Source: Candidatus Magasanikiibacteriota bacterium (GTDB lineage: Bacteria > Patescibacteriota > Patescibacteriia > Magasanikbacterales > UBA922). From it: DNA of 54,625 nucleotides. Shown here one piece after another: positions 46,028 through 54,625 of this stretch. Made by a program: the position numbers and the translations under genes. How positions within the stretch are numbered: position 1 is the stretch's first letter; each line of letters opens with the position of its first letter. Location: positions 1-54,625 of the forward strand of contig PBBY01000004.1 of assembly GCA_002716765.1 (NCBI GenBank). The letters are read 5' to 3'. Under the pieces are notes generated by a model. The model did not search any database, was not told where the DNA came from, and was given only the letters and a program-made list of their open reading frames with translations.

Positions 46028-46150
46028 ACGAGATTTTTATGTAGGTTAGTGTCTGTATTGTATAGTATGATGATTGTTGGGTCAACACAGTCTATGCTTG
46101 CAAAAATTTCTGTGTTCTTTATACTGTAACTATATAGTATTTTTGAATTT

Positions 46151-46954
46151 ATGAAATCAGCAGAGTATCATTGGGTTTTAGAGAGGGCTAGTTGGGATAG
46201 TGCGGCACAGCACATATTGTTTTTGAAACAAAGAAAGGCGTATGAATACGCTGCAACATTTGTTTCAGGAAAAAAAGTGCTAGATTATGGTGTCGGTAGT
46301 GGTTTTGGTACGCTTTTGTTGTCTGAGCATGCGTCACATGTGTGTGGGGTTGATGTTTTTCCAAAGACTATAGCGTATTGTAAAAAATTTCACCAAAAAG
46401 AAAATACAAAATTTATACGTATTCCAGATAGTTATACGACGCCATTTCCGGATAATCATTTTGATGTTGTCACTTCGTTTCAAGTAATAGAGCACATTCC
46501 TAACGTGGGGGATTATTTGCGTGAACTTGCTCGTGTACTTAAGCCAGGTGGGACCATTATTATTACCACACCAAATAGAGGCTATCGCCTACTCCCTTTT
46601 CAAAAACCGTGGAACGAAGAGCATGTACGCGAATATCATGGACCACAATTACAAAAAGAGGTTGAAGAGGTTTTTTCTTCTGTTGATGTACGAGCTATTT
46701 CCGGCGTGAAGGAGGTTGTGTCGATTGAGCATGCGCGGGTTAAGCAATCACCGGTTGCTGTCTATTTGCGTAATCCAATAAAACGGTTGATGCGTTTGGT
46801 AGTCCCAGACTTACTTAATCGTTTTGCTGGTGCTAGTGTCAAAAAAGAAACCTCTTTGAGCCATTACACTCCGACATACACAACAGCTGATTTTTTCGTT
46901 GGTGAGCAGGTTGAAAATCCTCTCGATTGGATTGTGGTAGGGAAAAAACAATAG
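46151..46954 (+). CDS. Class I SAM-dependent methyltransferase (Methyltransf_11)
   Basis: VLDYGVGSGFG, FDVVTSFQVIEH, RVLKPGG. Confidence 0.92.
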   Translation: MKSAEYHWVLERASWDSAAQHILFLKQRKAYEYAATFVSGKKVLDYGVGSGFGTLLLSEHASHVCGVDVFPKTIAYCKKFHQKENTKFIRIPDSYTTPFPDNHFDVVTSFQVIEHIPNVGDYLRELARVLKPGGTIIITTPNRGYRLLPFQKPWNEEHVREYHGPQLQKEVEEVFSSVDVRAISGVKEVVSIEHARVKQSPVAVYLRNPIKRLMRLVVPDLLNRFAGASVKKETSLSHYTPTYTTADFFVGEQVENPLDWIVVGKKQ

Positions 46955-46966
46955 ACATGCGCGTAT

Positions 46967-46995
46967 AAAAAAACCAGACTAAGTCTGGTTTTTTT
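46967..46995. terminator. Bidirectional terminator
   Basis: AAAAAAACCAGAC-TAA-GTCTGGTTTTTTT between convergent genes. Confidence 0.8.
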
Positions 46996-47016
46996 ATTGC
47001 ATGATTTTGCTCTGAA

Positions 47017-48156
47017 TTATTCGACTGACTTTTCTACTTTTTTTTCTACTTTTTTTTGTGCGTAGGCTCTTTTTACTCCTTCTACACGTAAGCCAAGTCT
47101 GTGCTCTGTTGGGTCAATTGTAATAATTTCAAATTTTTTGATTTCACCAATACTGAACATTTCTTTCAGTTGTGCAAGGTCGTGCACTGGTGTGTTTGAC
47201 ACCTCAGAAATATGAGCAAGTCCGTGGATGTGGTCATCCAGCTTTACCATTAGTCCGAATGGTTCAATCTTGTGAATAGTTCCGTCAACCTTTTGACCTT
47301 CTGTGTATGTTTCTTTTACTGTCTTCCAAGGGTCGTCTTTGAGTCTTTTTACTGAAAGATATATTTTTGATTTATTAAGGTCGATAATTTGTGCTTTTAC
47401 TTTGTCGCCAATTTTTAAGACATCTTTCGGGTGGTCAATTCTTTGCCAGACAATTTCTGATATATGGATAAGACCCTCAAGGTTTTGTCCAAATTTGATA
47501 AATGCACCAAATGAGGTTAGCGCGCTAATTTCTCCCTCTACAATGTCGCCAATTGTGTATTTATCAAGGATAGATTTTTGTGCATCTTCCCACACTGCTT
47601 TTTCTGATACAATTAATTTTTCATCATTTCGTTGGATGTCGAGTATCTTGACTTGCAATGTTTGGCCAATAAGTTTTTGTAATTGCTCAAGGATGCGATT
47701 CTTGTCTCCGCCTGGAACACGTGGGTAGTTGTTTGGGGCAAGTTGTGAGACAGGCATGAATCCGTCTATACCACAGACTTTCATCATTAAACCACCTTTG
47801 TTAGCGTGTACAATCTTTGCGTCAATAACGGCTTCTTTTTCAAGATATTCCGCCAAATTTTCCCAAATTTTTTGGTGACCAGCAATACGAAATGACAGTT
47901 CCATCTCACCGTTTTCGTTTTCTTGTTCGATAACCGTTGCTTGTACTTTGTCTCCAACCTTAACATTTGCATATTCAGGGGACTCTGCAAAAAGCTCTTG
48001 CCCGCGAACAATACCAACAATAAGTCCGTTAATGTCGATTCGGACAGCACCATTGCTAATAGAAATAATAGTACCTTCTACAAGGCTATTTACGGCTGGG
48101 ATCTGTGTAAAGTATTCTTGTAAGAGTACTCCAAAATCTTCTGTTTTTTTTGCCAT
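47017..48156 (-). CDS. rpsA: 30S ribosomal protein S1 (four S1 domains)
   Basis: NKGGL...GF.P.SQ, FGAF...EGLIHISE, GLAHISE; start placed at ATG 48156. Confidence 0.92.
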   Translation of the reverse strand: MAKKTEDFGVLLQEYFTQIPAVNSLVEGTIISISNGAVRIDINGLIVGIVRGQELFAESPEYANVKVGDKVQATVIEQENENGEMELSFRIAGHQKIWENLAEYLEKEAVIDAKIVHANKGGLMMKVCGIDGFMPVSQLAPNNYPRVPGGDKNRILEQLQKLIGQTLQVKILDIQRNDEKLIVSEKAVWEDAQKSILDKYTIGDIVEGEISALTSFGAFIKFGQNLEGLIHISEIVWQRIDHPKDVLKIGDKVKAQIIDLNKSKIYLSVKRLKDDPWKTVKETYTEGQKVDGTIHKIEPFGLMVKLDDHIHGLAHISEVSNTPVHDLAQLKEMFSIGEIKKFEIITIDPTEHRLGLRVEGVKRAYAQKKVEKKVEKSVE

Positions 48157-48409
48157 ATATTTTTTTGGACCGTTTTTATGTATGTGGCCCATTGTTTGTC
48201 TTACCCCACACATACAAGTGAGGTCCCTATTGTGAGTCAGGGTGAATAAATAATTTGTGTTACTATAGCACAGAAGAGAAGATTTTGCAAGGGGTTGTTT
48301 GTGGACATTTTTTCCTAAATCCTAGGCTAATTTAATCTTGCAACAACCATGGTGTTGGGGTATACTGTATCTACGTAGTTTACTGAAGCACTTACTTAAA
48401 GACAAAATT

Positions 48410-49024
48410 ATGCATATTTCTTGGCTTGGCGGTACCGCAATTAAGATTCAAACAAAGACATCTGGAGAGGATGTTACTGTCTGTATTGATCCATATAAAC
48501 CCAAGGTTGGGGCTTTCCTAAAGAGTACTGCAGCGAGTATTGCGCTGTACACTAGGGGGTCTGGCGGGTCTATTCCCGTGTCTGGAAAACCATTTATTTT
48601 GGCGGGCGCTGGTGAGTGTGAGGTCAAAAATGTGCTTATTCATGCGGTTCAAGGTCATGCGGCAAAAGATTGTTTGTTTCGCCTTGATCTAGAGGGGATG
48701 AGTCTTGGGCATCTTGGTCAGTGTGGGGCTGCGCTAACAAATGAACAGCTTGAGGCGTTTGTTGGTGTAGACATACTCTGTATTCCTGTTGGAGGTGCTC
48801 CTGGCTTTACACCAGAACAGGCTTCGGCATGTATACAGAAAATAGAACCCCGTGTAGTCGTTCCTATGGCTTTTCTTTCAGAAAACGACCCAGAAGCATC
48901 TTCTCTTGAGTCTTTTGTTAAGGCCGTGGGTGTTGCCCCGCAAGAACCGATGAAGAAGTTGGTAATAAAGAAAAAAGATTTACCACAAGAAGATATGCAT
49001 GTTGTTGTCCTGAATAAGGAGTAA
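48410..49024 (+). CDS. MBL-fold (Lactamase_B_3-like) protein with degenerate metal site
   Basis: I.WLG, IDPY, GE.EV, HLG, VDIL.IPVGG, IEPR.V.PM; HxHxDH absent. Confidence 0.8.
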   Translation: MHISWLGGTAIKIQTKTSGEDVTVCIDPYKPKVGAFLKSTAASIALYTRGSGGSIPVSGKPFILAGAGECEVKNVLIHAVQGHAAKDCLFRLDLEGMSLGHLGQCGAALTNEQLEAFVGVDILCIPVGGAPGFTPEQASACIQKIEPRVVVPMAFLSENDPEASSLESFVKAVGVAPQEPMKKLVIKKKDLPQEDMHVVVLNKE

Positions 49025-49055
49025 TCGGTGTTATTATTCATATAATATTAGCATT

Positions 49056-49829
49056 ATGCCAGCAAAAAAAAGGAGTAAAAAAGAGGCTTTAGAAAGTGAA
49101 AGCCCGAAGAAGGTGGCAAAGAAAAAGACTGCCAGTTCTGTCTCTAAAAAAAGACGCAAAACTGTCGATGCTAAGAAAAAAAAACCGTCCCGTGTGTCTG
49201 TTGTAAAATCGACCGGTAAAAAGAAGCGTGTTGCTAAAAAAACAACAGCAAAAAAAGGTGTAGTGAAAAAAACAAAAACAACAAGAAGGAGTGTGTCCAA
49301 AGAGGATCACAAAGATATGCGTGCGGCCGTTGAGGCGATACCAAGCTTAATTTTTGAGGAGGTTTTATTTGATACATCTGCTCAAGAGGTGTTGGCTGAT
49401 TCGAAGAAACAAAAAATATTTCTTTCAGATACCATAGTTGAGGATAGAAAGAGAAAGCATAGAATACTTGTGGTAGGAGTAACCTTTTTGTCAACACTGA
49501 TTTTTTTGGTCTGGGGTTTTGGATTGCGGCTTCAGATTGGGAACATTTCTGCGCAGGAACATTTTTTTGATAAAGAGGTTGAAGGATCATTGTCAGAGGG
49601 TTATTCGGAGCTTTCTAGTGCAATCTCAGCAATTCGCGAACAAAAAGATGCTGCGGTGGGTTTACTTGAAAAAGTTGAGGAGGGTAATCAGAATACTGAT
49701 TCTTTCACAGAGAAAGATGTTGCTGTTTTTGATGAGGCGGCGCTTGCATCTGTGTTAGAAAAAATACAGCATAACACAGAAGATTCCGCTACTTCTTCAG
49801 AACGTGTAGAGGTGGGTGATTCATTATAA
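49056..49829 (+). CDS. Membrane protein with histone H1-like Lys-rich N-terminus
   Basis: About 80 aa of K/R/S/T/A repeats, one TM, acidic C-terminal part. Confidence 0.7.
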   Translation: MPAKKRSKKEALESESPKKVAKKKTASSVSKKRRKTVDAKKKKPSRVSVVKSTGKKKRVAKKTTAKKGVVKKTKTTRRSVSKEDHKDMRAAVEAIPSLIFEEVLFDTSAQEVLADSKKQKIFLSDTIVEDRKRKHRILVVGVTFLSTLIFLVWGFGLRLQIGNISAQEHFFDKEVEGSLSEGYSELSSAISAIREQKDAAVGLLEKVEEGNQNTDSFTEKDVAVFDEAALASVLEKIQHNTEDSATSSERVEVGDSL

Positions 49830-49906
49830 TTATCTTAATACATGTAATATAGTGTAGGCAGTGTGATATTTCGTACTGTGTCCGTTGTATTATATGAATT
49901 TTAGCT

Positions 49907-52399
49907 ATGTCAAAACAAAATCCCGAAGCGGTGTTGCCTGGTGGTGGTGCTGCTGATTCAGCAGGTGAAAGAATTGTCCCAATTCATTTGGTTGATGAAA
50001 TGAAAACGTCTTATCTTGATTATGCAATGAGTGTGATTGTTGCGCGTGCACTACCTGATGTTCGTGATGGGTTAAAACCAGTGCATCGGAGAGTCTTGTA
50101 TTCTATGTGGAAACTAGGATTAAAGCATGGGGCAAAGTTTAGAAAATCTGCTCATGTGGTGGGTGATGTTATGGCAAAGTACCATCCGCACGGTGATGCA
50201 TCTATTTATGATTCTCTTGTTCGTATGGCGCAGGATTTCTCTATGAGAAGTCCTATGGTTAATGGTCAAGGAAACTTTGGGTCGATGGACGGTGATAGTG
50301 CGGCTGCGATGCGTTATACGGAGGCAAAATTGCAGCACGTTGCAGAAGAGATGTTGCTTGATATAGAAAAAGATACCGTTGACTTTGGACCAAACTATGA
50401 TGGTTCAACAAAAGAACCACGAGTTCTTCCGAGCAAGCTCCCACATTTGCTTTTGAATGGAAGTATGGGTATTGCCGTGGGAATGGCAACAAATATTCCC
50501 CCACATAATCTGGGTGAACTGTGTGATGCGGTCACGCATATTATTGACAATCCAAGTACAACGATTGAAGGGCTTATGGATTTTGTACAAGGACCCGACT
50601 TCCCAACAGGTGGTATTATTTATGATAAAAAAGATATTCTCACAATGTATGCCACAGGAAGAGGTGGGGTTGTGTTGCGTGCAAAGGCTGAGATTGTCGA
50701 GGCAAAGTCTGGATTGTTTAAGATTGTTGTCAAAGAGATACCTTATCAGGTAAATAAGGCAAACCTGATAGAAAAGATTGCTAGACTTGTTCAGGAGAAA
50801 AAGATTATTGGGATTAAAGATTTGCGAGATGAGTCAAATAAAGACGGTGTCCGTATTGTTATTGAGCTTAAAAAATCTGCATATCCCAAAAAGGTGCTTA
50901 ACAAGTTGTATAAAATGACTGATTTGCAGACCACGTTTCATATGAATATGATTGCGCTTGTCGATGGGATTCAGCCAAGGCTCATGACACTAAAATCAGT
51001 ATTGGAGGAGTATGTAAAACATCGACAAATTGTGGTTCGCAGAAGGACGGCGTTTGACTTAAGAAAGGCTGAAGAGCGTGCTCATATTTTGGAAGGTCTT
51101 TCAAAAGCTTTGGACAAGATAGATCAGGTAATCAGTGTTATACGAGCATCAAAAGACAAGGAAGAGGCAAAGCAAAATTTGATGAAAAAATTTAAATTTA
51201 CCGAAAGGCAGGTTGTCGCAATACTTGACATGCGTTTACAGCAGTTGGCAAACCTAGAAAGAAAAAAAATAGAGGACGAGTTAAAAGAAAAACTTGCACT
51301 TATTAAGGAGTTACAAGGAATACTTGCAAGTGAGAAAAAGATTTTAGGTATCATTAAAGACGAGGTGTCTGATGTTCGGGCGAAGTTTGCTAACCCACGT
51401 AGAACAAAGGTGGTTGCCAGAGGGATTAAGGAGTTTACCATAGAAGACTTAGTGCCAAATGAGCCTACAATTATTATGGCTACACGTGATGGGTATATTA
51501 AGCGTATGCCAATTGACACCTTCAAAACACAGGCTAGAGGAGGTAAGGGGGTAATTGGGTTAACAACAAAAGAGGAGGATGTGGTCGAGCATTTGCGGAC
51601 AACCAACACACACGATAGTTTGTTATTTTTTACGACTCGCGGACGTGTGTTTCAATTGCATGCTTATGAAATTCCAGAGGCATCTCGTACAGCAAAAGGT
51701 CAGGCATTGGTAAACTTTTTACAACTTGCTCCACATGAAAAGGTTGCGGCAATACTCTCTATGGAAGATATGACGAAGTATGAGTATCTTGTCATGGTTA
51801 CAAAAAAAGGTGTTATTAAGAAAACAAAAATTAGTGATTTTAAGAATGTGCGCAGGTCTGGTTTAATTGCACTAAAGATTAAGTCTGAAGATATGCTTGA
51901 GTGGGTTCGACCATCAGGCGGTAAAGATGACATTGTTCTGGTTACTCAGTTTGGGCAAGCAATTAGGTTTAAAGAGGCTGATGTTCGTGCAATGGGAAGG
52001 ACAGCTGCAGGTGTTCGCGGTATCAAGCTTAAATCCGAGGATGATGTTATTGGTATGGGGGTTGTGTCTCCTGCTTTGGTTAAGAAAAAAGTGATGGAGC
52101 TCTTGGTTGTTTCTGAGAATGGTCTTGGAAAACGAACAAAAATATCCGAGTATAAGGTTCAGGGTCGCGGCGGAAGTGGTATAAAAACAATGAATGTTAC
52201 CGACAAAACAGGAAGAATTATGAGCGCACGAGTGATTAACAATACAGAGCCAAACGATTTGCTTATTATTTCAAAAAATGGGCAGGTTGTACGAATACCA
52301 CTTAAGACCGTCTCTACTTTGGGTCGGGCAACACAAGGTGTAAGGATTATGCGTTTTAAGAAGTCTGGTGATATTGTGGCTGGGATTACGGTCCTTTAG
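49907..52399 (+). CDS. gyrA: DNA gyrase subunit A
   Basis: RDGLKPVHRR, HPHGD, AAMRYTE, GyrA-box QARGGKG. Confidence 0.98.
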   Translation: MSKQNPEAVLPGGGAADSAGERIVPIHLVDEMKTSYLDYAMSVIVARALPDVRDGLKPVHRRVLYSMWKLGLKHGAKFRKSAHVVGDVMAKYHPHGDASIYDSLVRMAQDFSMRSPMVNGQGNFGSMDGDSAAAMRYTEAKLQHVAEEMLLDIEKDTVDFGPNYDGSTKEPRVLPSKLPHLLLNGSMGIAVGMATNIPPHNLGELCDAVTHIIDNPSTTIEGLMDFVQGPDFPTGGIIYDKKDILTMYATGRGGVVLRAKAEIVEAKSGLFKIVVKEIPYQVNKANLIEKIARLVQEKKIIGIKDLRDESNKDGVRIVIELKKSAYPKKVLNKLYKMTDLQTTFHMNMIALVDGIQPRLMTLKSVLEEYVKHRQIVVRRRTAFDLRKAEERAHILEGLSKALDKIDQVISVIRASKDKEEAKQNLMKKFKFTERQVVAILDMRLQQLANLERKKIEDELKEKLALIKELQGILASEKKILGIIKDEVSDVRAKFANPRRTKVVARGIKEFTIEDLVPNEPTIIMATRDGYIKRMPIDTFKTQARGGKGVIGLTTKEEDVVEHLRTTNTHDSLLFFTTRGRVFQLHAYEIPEASRTAKGQALVNFLQLAPHEKVAAILSMEDMTKYEYLVMVTKKGVIKKTKISDFKNVRRSGLIALKIKSEDMLEWVRPSGGKDDIVLVTQFGQAIRFKEADVRAMGRTAAGVRGIKLKSEDDVIGMGVVSPALVKKKVMELLVVSENGLGKRTKISEYKVQGRGGSGIKTMNVTDKTGRIMSARVINNTEPNDLLIISKNGQVVRIPLKTVSTLGRATQGVRIMRFKKSGDIVAGITVL

Positions 52400-52549
52400 G
52401 TTCGGTTTTTAGGACAACATATTCTTTTTATTTGCCTCTTAGGAGATACCATTCTTTTGGTTGACAAAAAGGTATTTCTTCTTTATACTATTGGTCATAC
52501 TTATGATAAAAATTTATTTATCATCATCCAATAGTTAACACGTATATTT

Positions 52550-54415
52550 ATGAAAAAATTATTACAAAATTTTGGTATTATTATTCTTACACTCGTACTA
52601 CTTGCCGGTGTTATGAGTGTGCTCCATGCAGGAGAAGAAAAACCAAAAGATGTTGGAATAAACACACTTGTTTCTTATGTTATAGAAGATAAAGTAGAAA
52701 AAGTAGAGGTTGAAAAAGATACCATTCTTGTTACGGTAAAAGATGTCGATACCGTTGATATGGAGGAGCGAGGAAAGCAGTTAAAAATAAAAAAAGAGTT
52801 TGGTCAATCTTTTACTGAGTTGATGGAGAATGTTGGTGTGTCAGGTGAAAAACTTCAGGCATTAGATATCAGAATTAAAGAGGATCCGGTTTGGAAGACT
52901 ATTCTTATAGGTATGGCACCATTTTTGTTTCCATTTCTTATTATTGGTGTGTTTTTATACTTTATGACAAGACAGGTGCAAGGGGCTAATAGCAAGGCGA
53001 TGGGTTTTGGGGCAAGTTCTGCAAAGCAAGCAAAAACTGACGAAAAAAGTAAAAAAACATTTAAAGATGTTGCTGGGGCTTATGAAGCAAAAGAAGAGTT
53101 AGAAGAGGTCGTTGACTTTTTAAAACATCCGCAAAAGTTTACCGATATGGGGGCAAAAATTCCACGCGGTGTGTTGCTTATGGGTTCACCAGGAACAGGA
53201 AAAACATTATTAGCAAAAGCTGTTGCTGGCGAGGCGCAGGTGCCATTTTTTCACATTTCTGGTTCAGAATTTGTAGAAATGTTTGTTGGTGTGGGTGCAA
53301 GTCGTGTTCGAGATTTGTTTAATAAGGCTAAAAAAGCTGCACCTGCAATTGTGTTTATAGATGAAATTGATGCTGTAGGAAGAAAGCGTGGTGCTGGCCT
53401 TGGCGGGTCTCATGATGAGCGCGAGCAAACATTAAATCAAATTTTGGTAGAAATGGACGGGTTTGATCCAAATGTTGGTATTATTGTGATTGCCGCAACT
53501 AATAGACCAGATGTATTAGACAAAGCTTTATTGCGACCAGGTCGGTTTGATCGACGTGTGGTTATTGCTTTACCAGACATTAAAGAGCGTGAAGAAATTC
53601 TTGGTGTACATGTTAAAAACAAACCGCTTGCAAAAGAGGTGAGTGTCAAAAGTTTGGCAGAAAGGACCCCGGGTTTTTCTGGTGCGGATTTGGAAAACCT
53701 GCTTAATGAGGCAGCAATTCTTGCAGTGCGGAAAAAATCAAAAACTATTACAGAAGAGATGGTGCGAGAAAGTGTAGATAAGGTGTTACTTGGACCAGAA
53801 AAAAAGTCACGACTTATGACAGAAGAAGACAAGGAGATGACAGCGTATCATGAAGCAGGTCATGCAATTGTAGGTCACTTCCTTGAAAATTGTGATCCAG
53901 TGAGGAAAGTGTCTATTATTGGGCGTGGTATGGCAGGTGGGTATACGCTTTCGATGCCAGACAAGGATAGACATTATCGAAGACTTGTTGAGTTCAAGGA
54001 TGATATGGCAATGATGATGGGTGGGTACGTTGCAGAAGAAATGCAGTACGGAAGAGACAGGCTCACTACCGGACCGTCGAGTGATTTGAAAAAAGCAACA
54101 CAGCTTGCAAAGAAAATGGTTATGCAATATGGTATGAGCGAAGAGCTTGGCCCGCGCGTATATGGTGATAATGAAGAACTTATTTTCCTTGCACAAGAAA
54201 TTCACGATAAGAAAAATTATTCCGAAAAAACGGCAGAAATTATCGATAGAGAAATTAATGAACTCCTTAAAAATGCAAAAAAAGAAGCAGAGCGTATATT
54301 AACCAAACACAAAGATGAGACAGAACGATTAGTCAAGAAACTTCTAGAGGTGGAAACAGTAGAACAAGAAGAGTTTAATGCTATTATGGAAGGAAAGGGT
54401 GTGGAGAAAAAATAA
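52550..54415 (+). CDS. ftsH: ATP-dependent zinc metalloprotease FtsH
   Basis: 2 [25 protein letters not shown]. Confidence 0.98.
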   Translation: MKKLLQNFGIIILTLVLLAGVMSVLHAGEEKPKDVGINTLVSYVIEDKVEKVEVEKDTILVTVKDVDTVDMEERGKQLKIKKEFGQSFTELMENVGVSGEKLQALDIRIKEDPVWKTILIGMAPFLFPFLIIGVFLYFMTRQVQGANSKAMGFGASSAKQAKTDEKSKKTFKDVAGAYEAKEELEEVVDFLKHPQKFTDMGAKIPRGVLLMGSPGTGKTLLAKAVAGEAQVPFFHISGSEFVEMFVGVGASRVRDLFNKAKKAAPAIVFIDEIDAVGRKRGAGLGGSHDEREQTLNQILVEMDGFDPNVGIIVIAATNRPDVLDKALLRPGRFDRRVVIALPDIKEREEILGVHVKNKPLAKEVSVKSLAERTPGFSGADLENLLNEAAILAVRKKSKTITEEMVRESVDKVLLGPEKKSRLMTEEDKEMTAYHEAGHAIVGHFLENCDPVRKVSIIGRGMAGGYTLSMPDKDRHYRRLVEFKDDMAMMMGGYVAEEMQYGRDRLTTGPSSDLKKATQLAKKMVMQYGMSEELGPRVYGDNEELIFLAQEIHDKKNYSEKTAEIIDREINELLKNAKKEAERILTKHKDETERLVKKLLEVETVEQEEFNAIMEGKGVEKK

Positions 54416-54431
54416 AAAAAAGACGAATCAT

Positions 54432-54463
54432 AAAAAACACCAGGTAGTTAAGTGGTGTTTTTT
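54432..54463 (+). terminator. Terminator after ftsH
   Basis: AAAAAACACCA...TGGTGTTTTTT. Confidence 0.7.
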
Positions 54464-54559
54464 ATTTTTTGGGTACAAGCTTGACAAAAATACTATCATT
54501 TGCTAAGGTCAGAGGGTTGGGTAATTCTGCCTAATAACCTCATTGAGAGGATTGTGTAA

Positions 54560-54625
54560 ATGAGTGTAAATAATTCAAACAAAGAAGAAGTAACCTGGAA
54601 TCCTGAGCATCTTGCAAATGCTCTT
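54560..54625 (+). CDS. 5' fragment of the next gene (MSVNNSNKEEVTWNPEHLANAL...)
   Basis: TTGACA-17-TAAGGT promoter at 54481, GAGG SD, open to the window end. Confidence 0.5.
   Translation, partial: MSVNNSNKEEVTWNPEHLANAL

Noticed and set aside
1-54625. Alternative genetic code (TGA=Gly)
   Set aside because: Long genes are intact under code 11 and TGA ends genes at 22418 and 43935

Overview
AT-rich bacterial chromosomal window in standard genetic code 11. The gene content is typical of Patescibacteria/CPR (Parcubacteria-like; this is inference from gene families). Left end: a truncated DHH-like ORF with a long structured leader, a TrmB-family regulator, a GNAT-domain protein, rmuC, a RyR-repeat protein and tRNA-Arg(CCT). 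Next is a 1.6-kb non-coding region with six phased 28-bp palindromes, DnaA boxes and parS-like sites (oriC/centromere-like), then tRNA-His. Positions 8.5-26 kb form one co-oriented minus-strand surface-structure locus: a GT4, 16 TrbC/VirB2-like (T4SS_pilin) genes with a conserved hydrophobic core and hypervariable, often Cys-rich N- or C-terminal domains, an embedded orphan solute-binding lipoprotein, galU and a pilV/W/X-like minor type IV pilin trio. The rest holds rpsF-ssb-rpsR, a WxL-like/DUF916-like/Cys-repeat adhesin cluster, a GT2, a T-box-controlled type-2 ileS, a MATE transporter, ilvE, ruvA, pepA, rpsA, gyrA and ftsH. No transposase, integrase, cas gene or reverse transcriptase was seen. 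All calls come from reading the sequence by eye; no searches were run.
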